DNA from: Nanopusillaceae archaeon
GTDB taxonomy: Archaea; Nanobdellota; Nanobdellia; Nanobdellales; Nanobdellaceae
Reading direction: 5' to 3'
DNA length: 32,000 bases
NCBI GenBank assembly: GCA_038735675.1
Contig: JAVYNJ010000001.1
Coordinates: 16,408 to 48,407 of the forward strand
The position numbers were made by a program, and so were the translations under genes. Positions 16,799 to 27,604 of the stretch are shown here, piece by piece (the stretch's first letter is position 1; every line of letters starts with the position of its first letter). The notes below the pieces were generated by a model. It was not told the origin of the DNA. It made no database searches and saw only the letters and a list, made by a program, of their open reading frames with translations.

Positions 16799-17632
16799 AT
16801 GTTTGCCCATGCTGAAGGAAATTTTGAGAAATCTAAATGGGTTATTGTTGGTATTCCATCTGAGATTGGAAGTTTGTCTCCAATGAAAGATTATTTAAAA
16901 GCCCCTGATGCAATTAGAGAAGCTTCTTATCGAATTTTTTCGACAATTTTTGGTAATATAAATACTAAAGAAATTTTTGATTACGGAGATCTTGATTTAG
17001 AAGATATAAAAGATTTAGAAGAAGTATATAAAAAAATATACCAAGAATTAGATAAAATATATTCAAAAGAAAAGAAATATGTCTTTTTAGGTGGGGATCA
17101 TTCTATAACATATCCTATACTAAAATTAATAAGAAAAAATTGGGATGAATTTTATTTATTATTTTTTGATGCACATCCCGATATACATCCAGATCCATAT
17201 GTAAATTATCAAAGTTTCATATATTATCTAATAAAAGAAGAATATATTAAGCCAGAAAACATAATAATGGTCGGTATATCAAATCTTTCTTTTGAAGAAA
17301 AAGAAATTTTAAAAAATTGGAATATAAAATATTATAGTCCTTTTGATTTGTGGGATAATATTAATCAAGTATCCAGAGAAATTGCAGATTCATTGAAAAA
17401 TAAGAACTTATATATATCTTTAGATTTAGATGTTTTTGATTGTGGATGTGGACATTGGGTTGAACCTTTTGGAATAAGACCATATCATTATTTCAAAATA
17501 ATAAAAAATCTAGATTCAAATGTAATAGGATTTGATATTGTAGAATTATATTCGAATGAATTTTGCGAAAATTTGTCAGCTAAAATTATTTTAGAAACTA
17601 TTTCTATTATCAATAGCAAAAAAAATTTATAA
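16799..17632 (+). CDS. speB: Agmatinase / ureohydrolase-family enzyme
   Basis: All Mn-ligand motifs of the arginase fold are present: GGDHSITYP, FDAHPDIHPD and ISLDLDVFD. The N-terminus VIVGIPSEIGS is typical. The exact substrate is inferred. Confidence 0.7.
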   Translation: MFAHAEGNFEKSKWVIVGIPSEIGSLSPMKDYLKAPDAIREASYRIFSTIFGNINTKEIFDYGDLDLEDIKDLEEVYKKIYQELDKIYSKEKKYVFLGGDHSITYPILKLIRKNWDEFYLLFFDAHPDIHPDPYVNYQSFIYYLIKEEYIKPENIIMVGISNLSFEEKEILKNWNIKYYSPFDLWDNINQVSREIADSLKNKNLYISLDLDVFDCGCGHWVEPFGIRPYHYFKIIKNLDSNVIGFDIVELYSNEFCENLSAKIILETISIINSKKNL

Positions 17633-17656
17633 AATTTATTTTTTAGTTTAATTTGA

Positions 17657-18676
17657 ATGATAATGTTTTATACTCACATTTTTCTAGTTAGCATAGGTTA
17701 TATAATTTCTTTTATTTTGGCAAGTTTTATAGGACCTAAGATTGCAAATAGGTTATCTGGAAAAATATCTTTATACTTTTCGATGATTTTACTTCCTATA
17801 GTAATTTTATCTACGTTTTCTTTATCTATATCTTTAGCTTTTTACTTTTTAGGAATTGATTTGCTATATATATTTCCTTTAATTTTAATTTATTCTTTAT
17901 TTGTTAATATTCTAATTTACATTATATCTCCTTTGATTATAGATAGATCTTTTTCTGCTAGAAAAGACGAAAATTTACAGAGAATAGTTGATAGAGTAAA
18001 GGAAAAATTAGGATATAAAGGAAAAATAAATGCGGTAGTTGTAAAAGGTCCTCCAAATGCATTTGCATATGGAAACATATTTTTTGGTAAGCGTGTAGCT
18101 GTTACAGAATCTTTAATGAGAATCTTAGATGAAAATGAGTTAGAAGCTGTAATAGGTCATGAAATAGGACATCATAAACACAAAGATTCCTTATTAATGA
18201 TGTTATTTAATCTTTTACCAACTATAATTTATTATTTGGGAGTAATAATGATTAGATCTTCTATATTTAGCAGATACGAAAAAAATAGAAAATTTTTATT
18301 TGTTATTTTTGGAATATTCTTAGTAGTTATTTCATTCTTGGTTCAAATATTAATTTTTGCTTTTAGTAGATTAAGAGAGTATTTTGCTGATTATATTGGG
18401 AGTAGAGCATCTTCAAAACTAAGTATGCAAAAAGCATTAGTTAAGATTTACATGTATTACAACCAATATAAAGGTGACAATATTGTTAAAATTAGAGATA
18501 GTCCAATGAGAATTCTGTTTATATATGCTTTAGCAAATCCCTTTATAAACGTAAGTGAAGAAGACATCGAAAGAATAAAACAAAATAAAGAATCTGCTCC
18601 TTTTGAAATCTTTCAAACTCATCCTCCAATACCAAAAAGATTGAAATTTTTGGATACAATTAAACAAATTTTTTAA
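17657..18676 (+). CDS. htpX: HtpX-like M48 zinc metalloprotease, membrane-bound
   Basis: It has multiple TM helices, the zinc site HEIGHHKH (HExxH), a downstream SRLREYFADYIGS motif, and a C-terminal THPPIPKRL. Confidence 0.7.
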   Translation: MIMFYTHIFLVSIGYIISFILASFIGPKIANRLSGKISLYFSMILLPIVILSTFSLSISLAFYFLGIDLLYIFPLILIYSLFVNILIYIISPLIIDRSFSARKDENLQRIVDRVKEKLGYKGKINAVVVKGPPNAFAYGNIFFGKRVAVTESLMRILDENELEAVIGHEIGHHKHKDSLLMMLFNLLPTIIYYLGVIMIRSSIFSRYEKNRKFLFVIFGIFLVVISFLVQILIFAFSRLREYFADYIGSRASSKLSMQKALVKIYMYYNQYKGDNIVKIRDSPMRILFIYALANPFINVSEEDIERIKQNKESAPFEIFQTHPPIPKRLKFLDTIKQIF

Positions 18677-19073
18677 AAATAATTTTTATTTCTTTTTCTA
18701 ATTTTAATTGTTCTATTATTCTTCTATCAATATCTTTAGCGGCCTTATCAGCATTTATAGCTACAGTTCTATTATCTATATAGTTGCTTTTTCTTATTAC
18801 AAAAGATTTATCATCTTTAAAAGTTAAATTTTTTGATCCCTTAGCAATAATTCTATCTTTCAAATTTTCGCATTCTATTTCTATAATTACTTTATTTTCA
18901 TTCTTTAAATATTCTTTTAACCACTCGGGAAATTCAGATGCAGAAAAATTTGAACTTATTCCAATAATACAATCTCCCCTATCTGTTAAATAATTCTCTT
19001 TTGTTACTTCTAGAGTAGATCTATGCTTTGCAGAGATTAATCTATGACCTCTAGCAATTACTGTGAATATCAT
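18660..19073 (-). CDS. DUF371-family protein
   Basis: 137 aa. ARGHRLISAKHRSTLEVTKENYLTDRGDCIIGI matches the DUF371 (COG2090) signature H-x-T-x-E-x-T...RGDCI. Confidence 0.55.
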   Translation of the reverse strand: MIFTVIARGHRLISAKHRSTLEVTKENYLTDRGDCIIGISSNFSASEFPEWLKEYLKNENKVIIEIECENLKDRIIAKGSKNLTFKDDKSFVIRKSNYIDNRTVAINADKAAKDIDRRIIEQLKLEKEIKIIFKKFV

Positions 19074-19890
19074 TTAAATATTCTAAAATAGCTTTGGCTA
19101 TATTTTTCTTTGTATATTTTTCAAAACCCTCAAATCTAAATATAACATGCAAATCTACAATATATTTAAAGTTATTTTTGATTAGAACATCAAAAGCAAA
19201 AATTTCCATATCAAATATTTTAGATAACTTTTTTGATATATCTAAAATCTCATTATCAAGTTTATATTCTACTCCATATCCTCCCTGAGCTATATTTGCT
19301 TTGAAAGAATTAGGATTTATTCTTTCCATTCCGCCTATTGGTTTACCTACAGTTATAATTCTTATATCTTTTTCATATGGTATAAATTCTTGAAATACTA
19401 TATATTTTAACTTTCTTTTATTATTTTTTACGAATTTTTCTAGTTGTTCTTTATTTTCTATTAAATAAACACCCAATCCTCTATGTATAAAATCAAATTT
19501 AGCAAGCATGGGAAATTCTAAGCTTAATAATTCTTCAATCTGATTTTCATCATAAATTTTCATAATTTTTGGAGTTCTTATTTTATTTTTAATTAAATAA
19601 TAATAAAACATCGTTTTTCTCATTAATCTATAGTTCTTAAAGATTTTATTTACTATTCTAACTCCATGAACTTCTAAAAAATCTATTAACATCTCTATAT
19701 TAGCAATGCCAGCTTTTCCTATGCTTCTATAGAAATAAAAAACTTTAGTATCTTTAAAATCTTCTAATTTTGGTGGATAAGTCAATTTTAGAGCATTCTT
19801 AATTTCTAGGTTATCAAAATTTTTTGCTTCTTCTAATAGTCTTTTATTTTCATATTCATTTTCATTTCCAGCATAAAGTACGGTTATCAT
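19051..19890 (-). CDS. ATP-grasp ligase, RimK-like
   Basis: 279 aa. IVFQEFIPYEKDIRIITVGKPIGGMERINPNSFKANIAQGGYGVEYKL...IFAFDVL matches the RimK/ATP-grasp core. The substrate is unknown. Confidence 0.6.
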   Translation of the reverse strand: MITVLYAGNENEYENKRLLEEAKNFDNLEIKNALKLTYPPKLEDFKDTKVFYFYRSIGKAGIANIEMLIDFLEVHGVRIVNKIFKNYRLMRKTMFYYYLIKNKIRTPKIMKIYDENQIEELLSLEFPMLAKFDFIHRGLGVYLIENKEQLEKFVKNNKRKLKYIVFQEFIPYEKDIRIITVGKPIGGMERINPNSFKANIAQGGYGVEYKLDNEILDISKKLSKIFDMEIFAFDVLIKNNFKYIVDLHVIFRFEGFEKYTKKNIAKAILEYLNDIHSNC

Positions 19891-19941
19891 ATTTTAACAA
19901 TCCCTAGAAATATTAATAAGTTTTTTTTAATTAAAATTTAA

Positions 19942-20241
19942 ATGTCTAAGAAGAAAACTTCTAAAAAAGCAAAAATTTCTAAAGAAAAAAAGTTTAGAAG
20001 TTTAGAAGAAATAGATATAACGCAGCATGAGTTGGTACCTAAACATGAAATTTTATCTGAAGAAGAAAAAAAACAACTTTTAGAAAAATATCAAATAAAA
20101 TTAGAAGATTTGCCAAGAATAAATATAAGAGATCCGGCAATAGCTAAATTAAAAGCAAAGCCAGGAGATGTGGTAAGAATAATAAGAAAAGATCCAATAT
20201 CTGGAGAAACTATCTATTATCGTGTTGTTGTTGAAGAATAG
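19942..20241 (+). CDS. rpoH: DNA-directed RNA polymerase subunit H (Rpo5)
   Basis: The core HELVPKHEILSEEEKKQLLEKYQIKLEDLPRINIRDPAIAKLKAKPGDVVRIIR...YYRVVV is present. It is preceded by a roughly 25-aa Lys-rich N-terminal extension. Confidence 0.9.
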   Translation: MSKKKTSKKAKISKEKKFRSLEEIDITQHELVPKHEILSEEEKKQLLEKYQIKLEDLPRINIRDPAIAKLKAKPGDVVRIIRKDPISGETIYYRVVVEE

Positions 20242-20271
20242 CTTTTAAGTATTACTCAAATATATTAAAAA

Positions 20272-21762
20272 ATGTCCATATCTGATAAGTATCTTCTTAT
20301 ATACAAATATTACGAGGAAAGTAACATACTTGAAACTTTAATAAAATCTTTCAATTATTTTGCCGATGTAGAAATGACTAAAATTGTTAGGGAAATAGGA
20401 GAAGTTTCTCCAAGAATTACGCAACCAGGTATAACAGAAATAAGATTTAAGTTCGAAAGAGCATGGCTAGGAAAGGCAGATTACGTAGAAAAAGAAGGGA
20501 TAGCCAGAATTATATATCCAAATGAAGCTAGAATAAGAAATATAACTTATTCTGGTCCCGTATATGTAGAATTTGAAGTTTATGAAGATAAATCTTCGAG
20601 AGGAAGATATACAGTAAATATTGGTAGACTTCCAATAATGGTTAAATCAAAGTATTGCAATACCTATGGTTTATCTGAAGAAGAATTAATAAAAGTTGGA
20701 GAGGATCCGAAAGATTTTGGTGGATATTTTATAATAAATGGAACTGAAAGAGTTTTAGTTTTATCAGAAGAGCTATCAACAAATAGATTTTATGTTCAAT
20801 TAGAATCTTTGCCTTTAAAAGCTAGAGGATTCTTGCTTTCAGAATCTATAACTGCCCAATATCCACATATTATAGAATTAACCAAAGATGGAATTTTGTA
20901 TTTAAACTTTGAGAGATATAGAAAAGTTCCTCTTATATTGATTATAAAAGCATTAGGTTTGGAAAAAGATGCAGAAATTGCAAAGTTTATAAATGAGGAA
21001 GATGATTTTGAAGAAACCTATATAAATTTGTTGGAATTTTCAGATGTAAAAAGTTCTAGAGATGCTTTATTAAGGCTTGCAACATTCCTTAGATTGACTG
21101 GATCAGACGAAATAAAAATTGAAAAAATGAAAGGAATATTAAATACTAAACTTCTTCCTAATGTAGGAATAGATCAATCTTATAATATTCTAAAAGCCTA
21201 TAATCTATGTAAAATGGCTAGGAAAATTTTGCTCTTAGTTCACGGAAAAATAGAAGAAGATGTTAAAGATCATTTTATGAACAAAATTGTAAGAACCCCT
21301 GGCGAACTTTTGAGAGAATTATTTAGAGTTGTAATAAGAACAGTTATAAATGATGCTTTGTATCAATATGATAGATTAGTTAGAAGAGGAAAAATACCTT
21401 CATATGTATCTATATTTAGATCTAAAATATTTACGGAAAGATTTGAATCTGCAATGGGAACCGGTGTATGGACAAGAGAAAGAGTTGGAGTTTCTCAAGC
21501 TTTAGATAGAGTAAATAAATTAGCTGTTTTATCTCATCTAACTAGAGTTTGGTCTTCCATAGAAGAAGAAGCAGAACTTTTAGAAGCTAGAATGGTTCAT
21601 GGAACTCATTGGGGAAGATTAGATCCAATTGAAACTCCAGAATCAAAAACTACAGGTCTAAGGAAAAATCTAACTTTATTGTCAAAGATAAGTTTTGAAG
21701 AATTGGATAGAGATGAGTTAGTTGAAGCTTTAAAAAGGATTGGTCTAAAATCTGTTAAATAA
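20272..21762 (+). CDS. rpoB2: DNA-directed RNA polymerase subunit B'' (N-terminal half of Rpo2)
   Basis: 496 aa. It carries the Rpb2 protrusion/lobe/fork motifs RNITYSGPVYVE, IGRLPIMVKS, GGYFIINGTERVLV and HGTHWGRLDPIETPES. Confidence 0.95.
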   Translation: MSISDKYLLIYKYYEESNILETLIKSFNYFADVEMTKIVREIGEVSPRITQPGITEIRFKFERAWLGKADYVEKEGIARIIYPNEARIRNITYSGPVYVEFEVYEDKSSRGRYTVNIGRLPIMVKSKYCNTYGLSEEELIKVGEDPKDFGGYFIINGTERVLVLSEELSTNRFYVQLESLPLKARGFLLSESITAQYPHIIELTKDGILYLNFERYRKVPLILIIKALGLEKDAEIAKFINEEDDFEETYINLLEFSDVKSSRDALLRLATFLRLTGSDEIKIEKMKGILNTKLLPNVGIDQSYNILKAYNLCKMARKILLLVHGKIEEDVKDHFMNKIVRTPGELLRELFRVVIRTVINDALYQYDRLVRRGKIPSYVSIFRSKIFTERFESAMGTGVWTRERVGVSQALDRVNKLAVLSHLTRVWSSIEEEAELLEARMVHGTHWGRLDPIETPESKTTGLRKNLTLLSKISFEELDRDELVEALKRIGLKSVK

Positions 21763-21763
21763 A

Positions 21764-23572
21764 ATGGTCGTAGAGGTATACATAGATTCCGTATTTGTTG
21801 GATATGTAGATGATCCTGAAGATTTTGTAAGTAGATTCAAAGAGCTAAGAGCAAAAGGACAAATACCAAAATTTGCAAATATCTATTATGACGACGAAAA
21901 GAATATAATTGAAATAAATACTAGGAAAGGAAGAATACTCAGACCTTTAATAGTTGTAAAAAATGGAAAGCCGCTTTTAACAGAAGAACACATAGAAAAA
22001 CTCAAGAAAGGAGAAATAAAATGGTCTGATCTGGAAAAAGAAGGAATTATAGAGTGGGTAGATTCGGCAGAAGAAGAAAATATATATGTAGCGTTAAGAC
22101 CGGAGGAAGTAACTGAAAAACATACGCATCTTGAAATTTCTCCATTGGTAATATTTGGAGTTTTAACTTCTCTGGCTCCATATTCAAATCATAATCAATC
22201 CGCAAGACTTAATAGAGGTATAAGAACTCAAAAACAAGCCCATTCTGTTTATTTGGTTAACTTTTGGCAAAGATATGACACAGATTTATCTGTGGCTTAC
22301 TATCCACAACAACCTATTGTTAGAACATTTTCGCATGAAATCTTTAAAGACGCAAATATCATTGGACAGAATGTTGTAATAGCTATCATGACTCAAGAAG
22401 GTTATAACATGGATGATGCTATAATATTTAACAGAGCTTCAATAGAGAGAGGACTATATAGATCATCATATTTTAGAACTTATGAAATAGAAAGATTGAG
22501 ATATCCTGGTGGACTCCAAGATGAAATTACAATTCCAGATCCAGATACGTACTTATATAAAGGTAGAGAAAAATATAAACTGCTAGAAGAAGATGGAATT
22601 GTTTATTTAGAAGCTTTTGCAGATGAATATGATGTTTTGGTTGGTAAGGTTTCTCCTCCAAAATTCTTAAGTTTATCATCAGAATTTTCAGCTCCGACTA
22701 TGGTAAAAAAAGATACATCTTTGATGGTAAGATTTGAAGAAAAAGGATATGTAGATAGTATAGTTGTAACAGAAGCTCCTTCAGGAAACATGTTAATAAA
22801 AATAAGATTAAGAGATATTAGAATTCCTGAACTAGGCGATAAATTTTCTGTTAGACATGGACAAAAAGGAGTTATTGGTATGATAGTTGACGAATCGGAT
22901 ATGCCTTGGACTTCTTCCGGATTAAAGCCAGATATTATATTTTCTCCTTTCGGTATTCCTGCGAGAATGACTATTGGTTTATTGTTAGAATTGTTAGCAG
23001 GTAAAGTTGGTGCTTTATCCGGAAGATATGTAGATGGAACTCCATGGTATGGAGAAAAAGAAGAGGATTTGAGAAAAGCTCTTTTAGAATTAGGTTTCAT
23101 GGAAAGTGGGGAAGAAACAATGTATAATCCTTTAACAGGAGAAGAATTCAAAGTAAAAATATACATAGGTTCTGTTTATTATCTAAGATTAAAGTTTATG
23201 GCAGCAAATAAATTACATGCAAGAGCATTAGGACCAGTTACATTGTTAACAAGACAACCGACAGAAGGTAAATCAAAAGAAGGTGGATTAAGATATGGAG
23301 AAATGGAAAGTGAAGTTCTAGCAGCACATGGAGCTGCTTTATTATTGAGAGAAGCAATGTCTTCAGATGATACTACAGTACCTATATGTGAAACATGCGG
23401 CTCAATTGCTGTGGAAGATGATATTAAACATAGATTGTATTGTCCTCTTTGTGGTGAAACAGAAAAAATATCTAAAATTAAAATTTCTTATGCTTTTCTC
23501 TTATTAATGAGGCAATTAATTAGTATTGGAATATGGCCAAGGTTTAAGCTAAAATATAAATTTGAAAAATGA
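21764..23572 (+). CDS. rpoB1: DNA-directed RNA polymerase subunit B' (C-terminal half of Rpo2)
   Basis: 602 aa. It has SARLNRG, GYNMDDAIIFN, GDKFSVRHGQKGV and GGLRYGEMESE, plus a C-terminal Zn ribbon (CETCG...CPLCG). It starts 1 nt after the B'' stop. Confidence 0.95.
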   Translation: MVVEVYIDSVFVGYVDDPEDFVSRFKELRAKGQIPKFANIYYDDEKNIIEINTRKGRILRPLIVVKNGKPLLTEEHIEKLKKGEIKWSDLEKEGIIEWVDSAEEENIYVALRPEEVTEKHTHLEISPLVIFGVLTSLAPYSNHNQSARLNRGIRTQKQAHSVYLVNFWQRYDTDLSVAYYPQQPIVRTFSHEIFKDANIIGQNVVIAIMTQEGYNMDDAIIFNRASIERGLYRSSYFRTYEIERLRYPGGLQDEITIPDPDTYLYKGREKYKLLEEDGIVYLEAFADEYDVLVGKVSPPKFLSLSSEFSAPTMVKKDTSLMVRFEEKGYVDSIVVTEAPSGNMLIKIRLRDIRIPELGDKFSVRHGQKGVIGMIVDESDMPWTSSGLKPDIIFSPFGIPARMTIGLLLELLAGKVGALSGRYVDGTPWYGEKEEDLRKALLELGFMESGEETMYNPLTGEEFKVKIYIGSVYYLRLKFMAANKLHARALGPVTLLTRQPTEGKSKEGGLRYGEMESEVLAAHGAALLLREAMSSDDTTVPICETCGSIAVEDDIKHRLYCPLCGETEKISKIKISYAFLLLMRQLISIGIWPRFKLKYKFEK

Positions 23573-26259
23573 CGGAGATACATCTTAAAAAATTACATTC
23601 AATATTTTATTCACTTTTAAGTCCAGATATGATAAGAAAAATTGCTACAGTTAAGATAATAGTCCCAGAGTTATATGATGAAGATGGAACTTTAGTAAGA
23701 GGAGGCCTAATGGATCTAAGAATGGGAGTAATAGAGCCAGGATTAGTATGTGAGACGTGTGGAAAAACAGCTGGAAAATGTCCAGGACATTTTGGTTACA
23801 TAGAGTTAGCTAAACCTGTATTTCACATTCTTTTTATACCTATGATAAAAGAACTCTTATCTGCTGTATGTATCAATTGCGGAAGAGTAAAATTGACGAA
23901 TGAAGAAACAGAAAAGATAAAGGTAAGAATAGAAAGATTAAGAAAACAAAAGAGATGGACAAGACTATATAAACTTATTAAGAGATATGTCTATTCTAAA
24001 GCTAAAAAGAGAAATACTTGTCCTCATTGTAAATATAATAATCCTAAAATAGAATTTAAAAAACCATACTTCTTTTATGTTGAGGAAGGAGAAACAAAAA
24101 GAATTATGTATCCTTCCGAAGTTAGATCTATATTTGAGAAAATACCGGATGAAGATCTACCGCTTTTAGGTTTTCATCCTACTTATGCCAGACCAGAATG
24201 GATGATATTAACTGTTTTGCCAGTTCCTCCAGTTACAATTAGACCTTCTATTGTTTTGGAAGGGGGAGAAAGAGCAGAAGATGATTTGACACATAAATTA
24301 GTAGATATTGTAAGAATAAATCAAAGATTGAAAGAAGCAATAACTACCGGATCTCTACAAATGATAATAGATTATCATTATAATTTGTTACAATATCATG
24401 TTGCTACATACATAAATAATAATGTTGCTGGCTTGCCAAAAGCAATGCATAGGTCAGGTAAACCAATAAAATCTATAGTAGAGAGAATTGTTGGAAAATA
24501 TGGTATAATTAGATATAATCTATTAGGAAAAAGAATCAATTATAGTGCTAGAGCAGTAATTTCTCCGGATCCAAAAATTAAAATGAATGAAGTTGGAGTA
24601 CCTTATGAAGTTGCTAAAGTTTTAACTATACCTGAAAGAGTTACAGAATATAATGTTGAATGGTTGAAAAAATTAGTTTTGAATGGTCCTAATAAGTATC
24701 CGGGTGCCAATTATGTAAGAAATCCGGAGGGAAAGAAAATATCTATAACTGAGGAAAATAAAGAAACTTTAGCTTCTATGTTAGAACCTGGCTGGATTGT
24801 TGAAAGACATCTTTTAGATGGAGATATTGCTGTGTTTGGAAGATATCCATCTTTACATAGAATCTCTTGGCAAGGACATTATATAAAGGTTATTGATGGA
24901 AAAACGTTTAGATTACATCCAGGAGTCTGTACACCATATAATGCTGATTTTGACGGAGATGAAATGAATATCTTTATTCCACAGGGAGAAGAAGCTAGAG
25001 CCGAAGCAGAATTACTTTTAGAACTTTCTAATCATGTTGTAACTCCAAGATATGGAGAATTTATAATAGGTGGCGTCCAAGAAGTAATAACTGGAATATA
25101 TTTATTAACCTCAGATGATACAAAATTACCTTTTGGTCTTGCAGGACAGCTTATTTACATGTCTGGTGCAGATGAAAATGATATTAAGAGATACGAAGAA
25201 TTCTTGGAGAGAGCTAAGAAGGAAAAAAGAGATTATTTAACTGGAAAAGAAATATTTTCAGTATTTTTACCAAAAGATTTATTCTTAAAAATAAAAGATG
25301 TTTCAATAATTGATGGAGAATTGAAATCTGGAATAATATCTTCAGATTTAATAAAATCTGGAAGCGGAAAATTATTCTTATATATTCATAATAACTATGG
25401 AAAAGAATTAGCCTTGAAAATTATGGAAAAGATATTTATGTTAGGAGTTTATTATCAGTATTTTTATGGTATTACTTCTGGAATCGCAGATTATGATATT
25501 CCAAAAGAAGCTAGGAAAGAGATTCAAGAAATAATACAGAAAACAAAAGAAAAAATAGATGAATTATATGAAAAATATAAGAGGGGAGAATTAGAGAGAA
25601 TTGTTGGAAAAACTTTAAGAGATGTTTATATTGACTTAGCTCAAAAAGAAATTGCTGATAGCTTAACAACCATGAGTTCGGTTTTAAGAAAATACATTAG
25701 AAAAGATACGGGAACTTATATGATGGCGGCTACTGGTGCTAGAGGAAAGCAAACTGATGTTGTCAATATTTTAGGTTCTCTTGGTACACAAGCATTTAGA
25801 GGAAGATTAATAGAATTTGGATATAGAGGAAGAAACTTCTCAATATTTGAAAGAGATTATGATCATCCAATTGTAAAAGGATGGGTTATATCTAGTTATT
25901 CTAAGGGTTTAGAACCATGGGAAATGGTTTTCCATGCAATTCCAGGAAGAGATGCTCTTATGGATATGTCAATTAGAACAGCAAAATCAGGATATTTGTA
26001 TAGAAGGTTAGCTCATAGCTTGTATGAATTGGTTGTTTGGGATGATTATACAGTTAGAGATTCATCTGGAAGAATAATTCAGTTTGTTTATGGTGGTGAT
26101 GGAATGTTTCCACAAAAAACAGAATCTGGAACTATAGATTTACACTTTATATTGAATGAAGCGATAAAAAAACAAAATTTAAAAGGCCAAAATGAAAATA
26201 ATAAAAATGAAAATGGATCTTCCAAAAAGAATAAAAGAAGAAGCAGAAAAAATAAGTAA
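23569..26259 (+). CDS. rpoA1: DNA-directed RNA polymerase subunit A' (Rpo1N)
   Basis: 896 aa. It has the zinc motifs [20 protein letters not shown] and CINCG, the catalytic [10 protein letters not shown], and an ATGA overlap with rpoB1. It ends in a low-complexity basic tail. Confidence 0.95.
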   Translation: MTEIHLKKLHSIFYSLLSPDMIRKIATVKIIVPELYDEDGTLVRGGLMDLRMGVIEPGLVCETCGKTAGKCPGHFGYIELAKPVFHILFIPMIKELLSAVCINCGRVKLTNEETEKIKVRIERLRKQKRWTRLYKLIKRYVYSKAKKRNTCPHCKYNNPKIEFKKPYFFYVEEGETKRIMYPSEVRSIFEKIPDEDLPLLGFHPTYARPEWMILTVLPVPPVTIRPSIVLEGGERAEDDLTHKLVDIVRINQRLKEAITTGSLQMIIDYHYNLLQYHVATYINNNVAGLPKAMHRSGKPIKSIVERIVGKYGIIRYNLLGKRINYSARAVISPDPKIKMNEVGVPYEVAKVLTIPERVTEYNVEWLKKLVLNGPNKYPGANYVRNPEGKKISITEENKETLASMLEPGWIVERHLLDGDIAVFGRYPSLHRISWQGHYIKVIDGKTFRLHPGVCTPYNADFDGDEMNIFIPQGEEARAEAELLLELSNHVVTPRYGEFIIGGVQEVITGIYLLTSDDTKLPFGLAGQLIYMSGADENDIKRYEEFLERAKKEKRDYLTGKEIFSVFLPKDLFLKIKDVSIIDGELKSGIISSDLIKSGSGKLFLYIHNNYGKELALKIMEKIFMLGVYYQYFYGITSGIADYDIPKEARKEIQEIIQKTKEKIDELYEKYKRGELERIVGKTLRDVYIDLAQKEIADSLTTMSSVLRKYIRKDTGTYMMAATGARGKQTDVVNILGSLGTQAFRGRLIEFGYRGRNFSIFERDYDHPIVKGWVISSYSKGLEPWEMVFHAIPGRDALMDMSIRTAKSGYLYRRLAHSLYELVVWDDYTVRDSSGRIIQFVYGGDGMFPQKTESGTIDLHFILNEAIKKQNLKGQNENNKNENGSSKKNKRRSRKNK

Positions 26260-27319
26260 AGATTTACCTCAAGAATTAAAAGAAAAATTTTTTGAAGAAT
26301 TAAAAGAAGTATATTTAAAAAAATTAGTAGATGTTGGTGAACCGGTAGGTTTGGTAGCAGCACAGTCAATTTCTGAACCAACAACACAGTTGATTTTAAG
26401 ATCTTTCCACTATGTAGGTATGAGAGAATTTCAAATAGCTTTAGGATTACCTAGATTGCTAGAAATAATGGATGCTAGAAAAAGAATAAAAAATAAATAT
26501 ATGAAAATACACCTTTTAGACAAATACAAAAATGATTTAGAAACAGCAAAGAAAGTTGTTAAAAAAATAATTGAAATAAAGGTCGAGGATGTAATTGACA
26601 ATTTAGAATTTTATATATTAAATAATAAGATAGTCATTCATTTGGATAAAGAGGTTCTAAAAGAATATGATCTAGATTTCCAAACAGTTTTTAATATTTT
26701 AAAAAAGAGATTAAAAAAGTATAATGTAGAAAAAAGAGGAGAATATAGTATTGAAATTACGGCTTCAGGATTAAAACCTAGAGAATTATATGTTTTAAAA
26801 GAAAATATAAAGAAAATACACCTTTCCGGAATAAAAGGAATAAAAGAAGCAATAGCTAAAAAGGAAGGAGACGAATATGTTATATATGCAATGGGATCTA
26901 ATTTTTTGGAAGTTATGAAGCTTCCAGAAGTTGATTATAGGAGAGTATATACAAACGACATACATGAAATAGTAAAGATTTTAGGTATTGAAGCTGCTAG
27001 AAAGTTAATTTTCGATGAGATGGTCAAGATATTCGAAAACTATGGTCTTAGAGTGGATTATAGACATTTTTCTTTGGTAGCAGACATTTTAACTTGGTAT
27101 GGAGAATTTTTGGGAATAACAAGATATGGAATTACTGCAGAAAAAGCCAGTACTTTATCTAAAGCAGCTTTTGAAATACCAATACAAAATTTCATGATAG
27201 CAGCAACTCTTGGAGTAGAAGATAAGATTTCATCTTCTGTAGATAATTTGTTAACAAACCAAATAATAACCTTAGGTACAGGATTATTTGAAGTATACTA
27301 TAGAAAGAAAGAAAAATAA
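26192..27319 (+). CDS. rpoA2: DNA-directed RNA polymerase subunit A'' (Rpo1C)
   Basis: It has the trigger-loop/cleft motif [18 protein letters not shown] and a C-terminal LSKAAFE...[12 protein letters not shown]. The true start may be Met6 or Met8 (26207 or 26213). Any of these starts overlaps the rpoA1 3' end. Confidence 0.9.
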   Translation: MKIIKMKMDLPKRIKEEAEKISKDLPQELKEKFFEELKEVYLKKLVDVGEPVGLVAAQSISEPTTQLILRSFHYVGMREFQIALGLPRLLEIMDARKRIKNKYMKIHLLDKYKNDLETAKKVVKKIIEIKVEDVIDNLEFYILNNKIVIHLDKEVLKEYDLDFQTVFNILKKRLKKYNVEKRGEYSIEITASGLKPRELYVLKENIKKIHLSGIKGIKEAIAKKEGDEYVIYAMGSNFLEVMKLPEVDYRRVYTNDIHEIVKILGIEAARKLIFDEMVKIFENYGLRVDYRHFSLVADILTWYGEFLGITRYGITAEKASTLSKAAFEIPIQNFMIAATLGVEDKISSSVDNLLTNQIITLGTGLFEVYYRKKEK

Positions 27320-27343
27320 ACTTAACCCTAATATTTTAAATAA

Positions 27344-27604
27344 ATGAATATAGTCGATGAATTAAGAAGTTATGATAAAAGTAAGTTAATATTGGGTGCT
27401 AAGAGGACATTAAAGTATATAAAGCTGAATAAAGTTTCTAAAGTCTATATAGCAAGTAATACCCCTGAAGAAATAGTATCGGATATAGAATATTATTCAA
27501 AATTATCTAATACCGAAATAAAAAAATTAGATTTAACAAACGAAGAACTAAGAGTTATTTTAAAAAAGCCATTTAAAATTTCTGTTGTAAGTATATTAAA
27601 ATAA
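27344..27604 (+). CDS. rpl30e: Ribosomal protein L30e (eL30)
   Basis: 86 aa. [54 protein letters not shown] is collinear with archaeal L30e. It occupies the conserved position after rpoA2. Confidence 0.8.
   Translation: MNIVDELRSYDKSKLILGAKRTLKYIKLNKVSKVYIASNTPEEIVSDIEYYSKLSNTEIKKLDLTNEELRVILKKPFKISVVSILK

Noticed and set aside
18784-19288. Plus-strand ORFs 18784-18993 and 19094-19288 opposite the DUF371 and ATP-grasp genes.
   Set aside because: They are short antisense shadows with no motifs.
22603-23166. 187-aa minus-strand ORF inside rpoB1.
   Set aside because: The plus strand encodes the universally conserved Rpb2 catalytic region (GDKFSVRHGQKGV and others). The long antisense frame is a by-product of codon bias.
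26161-26215. A-rich run (GCG ATA AAA AAA CAA AAT TTA AAA) as a possible programmed frameshift site fusing RpoA' and RpoA''.
   Set aside because: A split A'/A'' is the universal archaeal state. Both ORFs have their own start and stop, and poly-A runs are ubiquitous in this composition. There is no stimulatory structure or other specific evidence.
26088-26387. 99-aa minus-strand ORF across the rpoA1/rpoA2 junction.
   Set aside because: It is a leucine/phenylalanine low-complexity translation of the complement of a Lys/Glu-rich coding region. Both plus-strand genes are secure.
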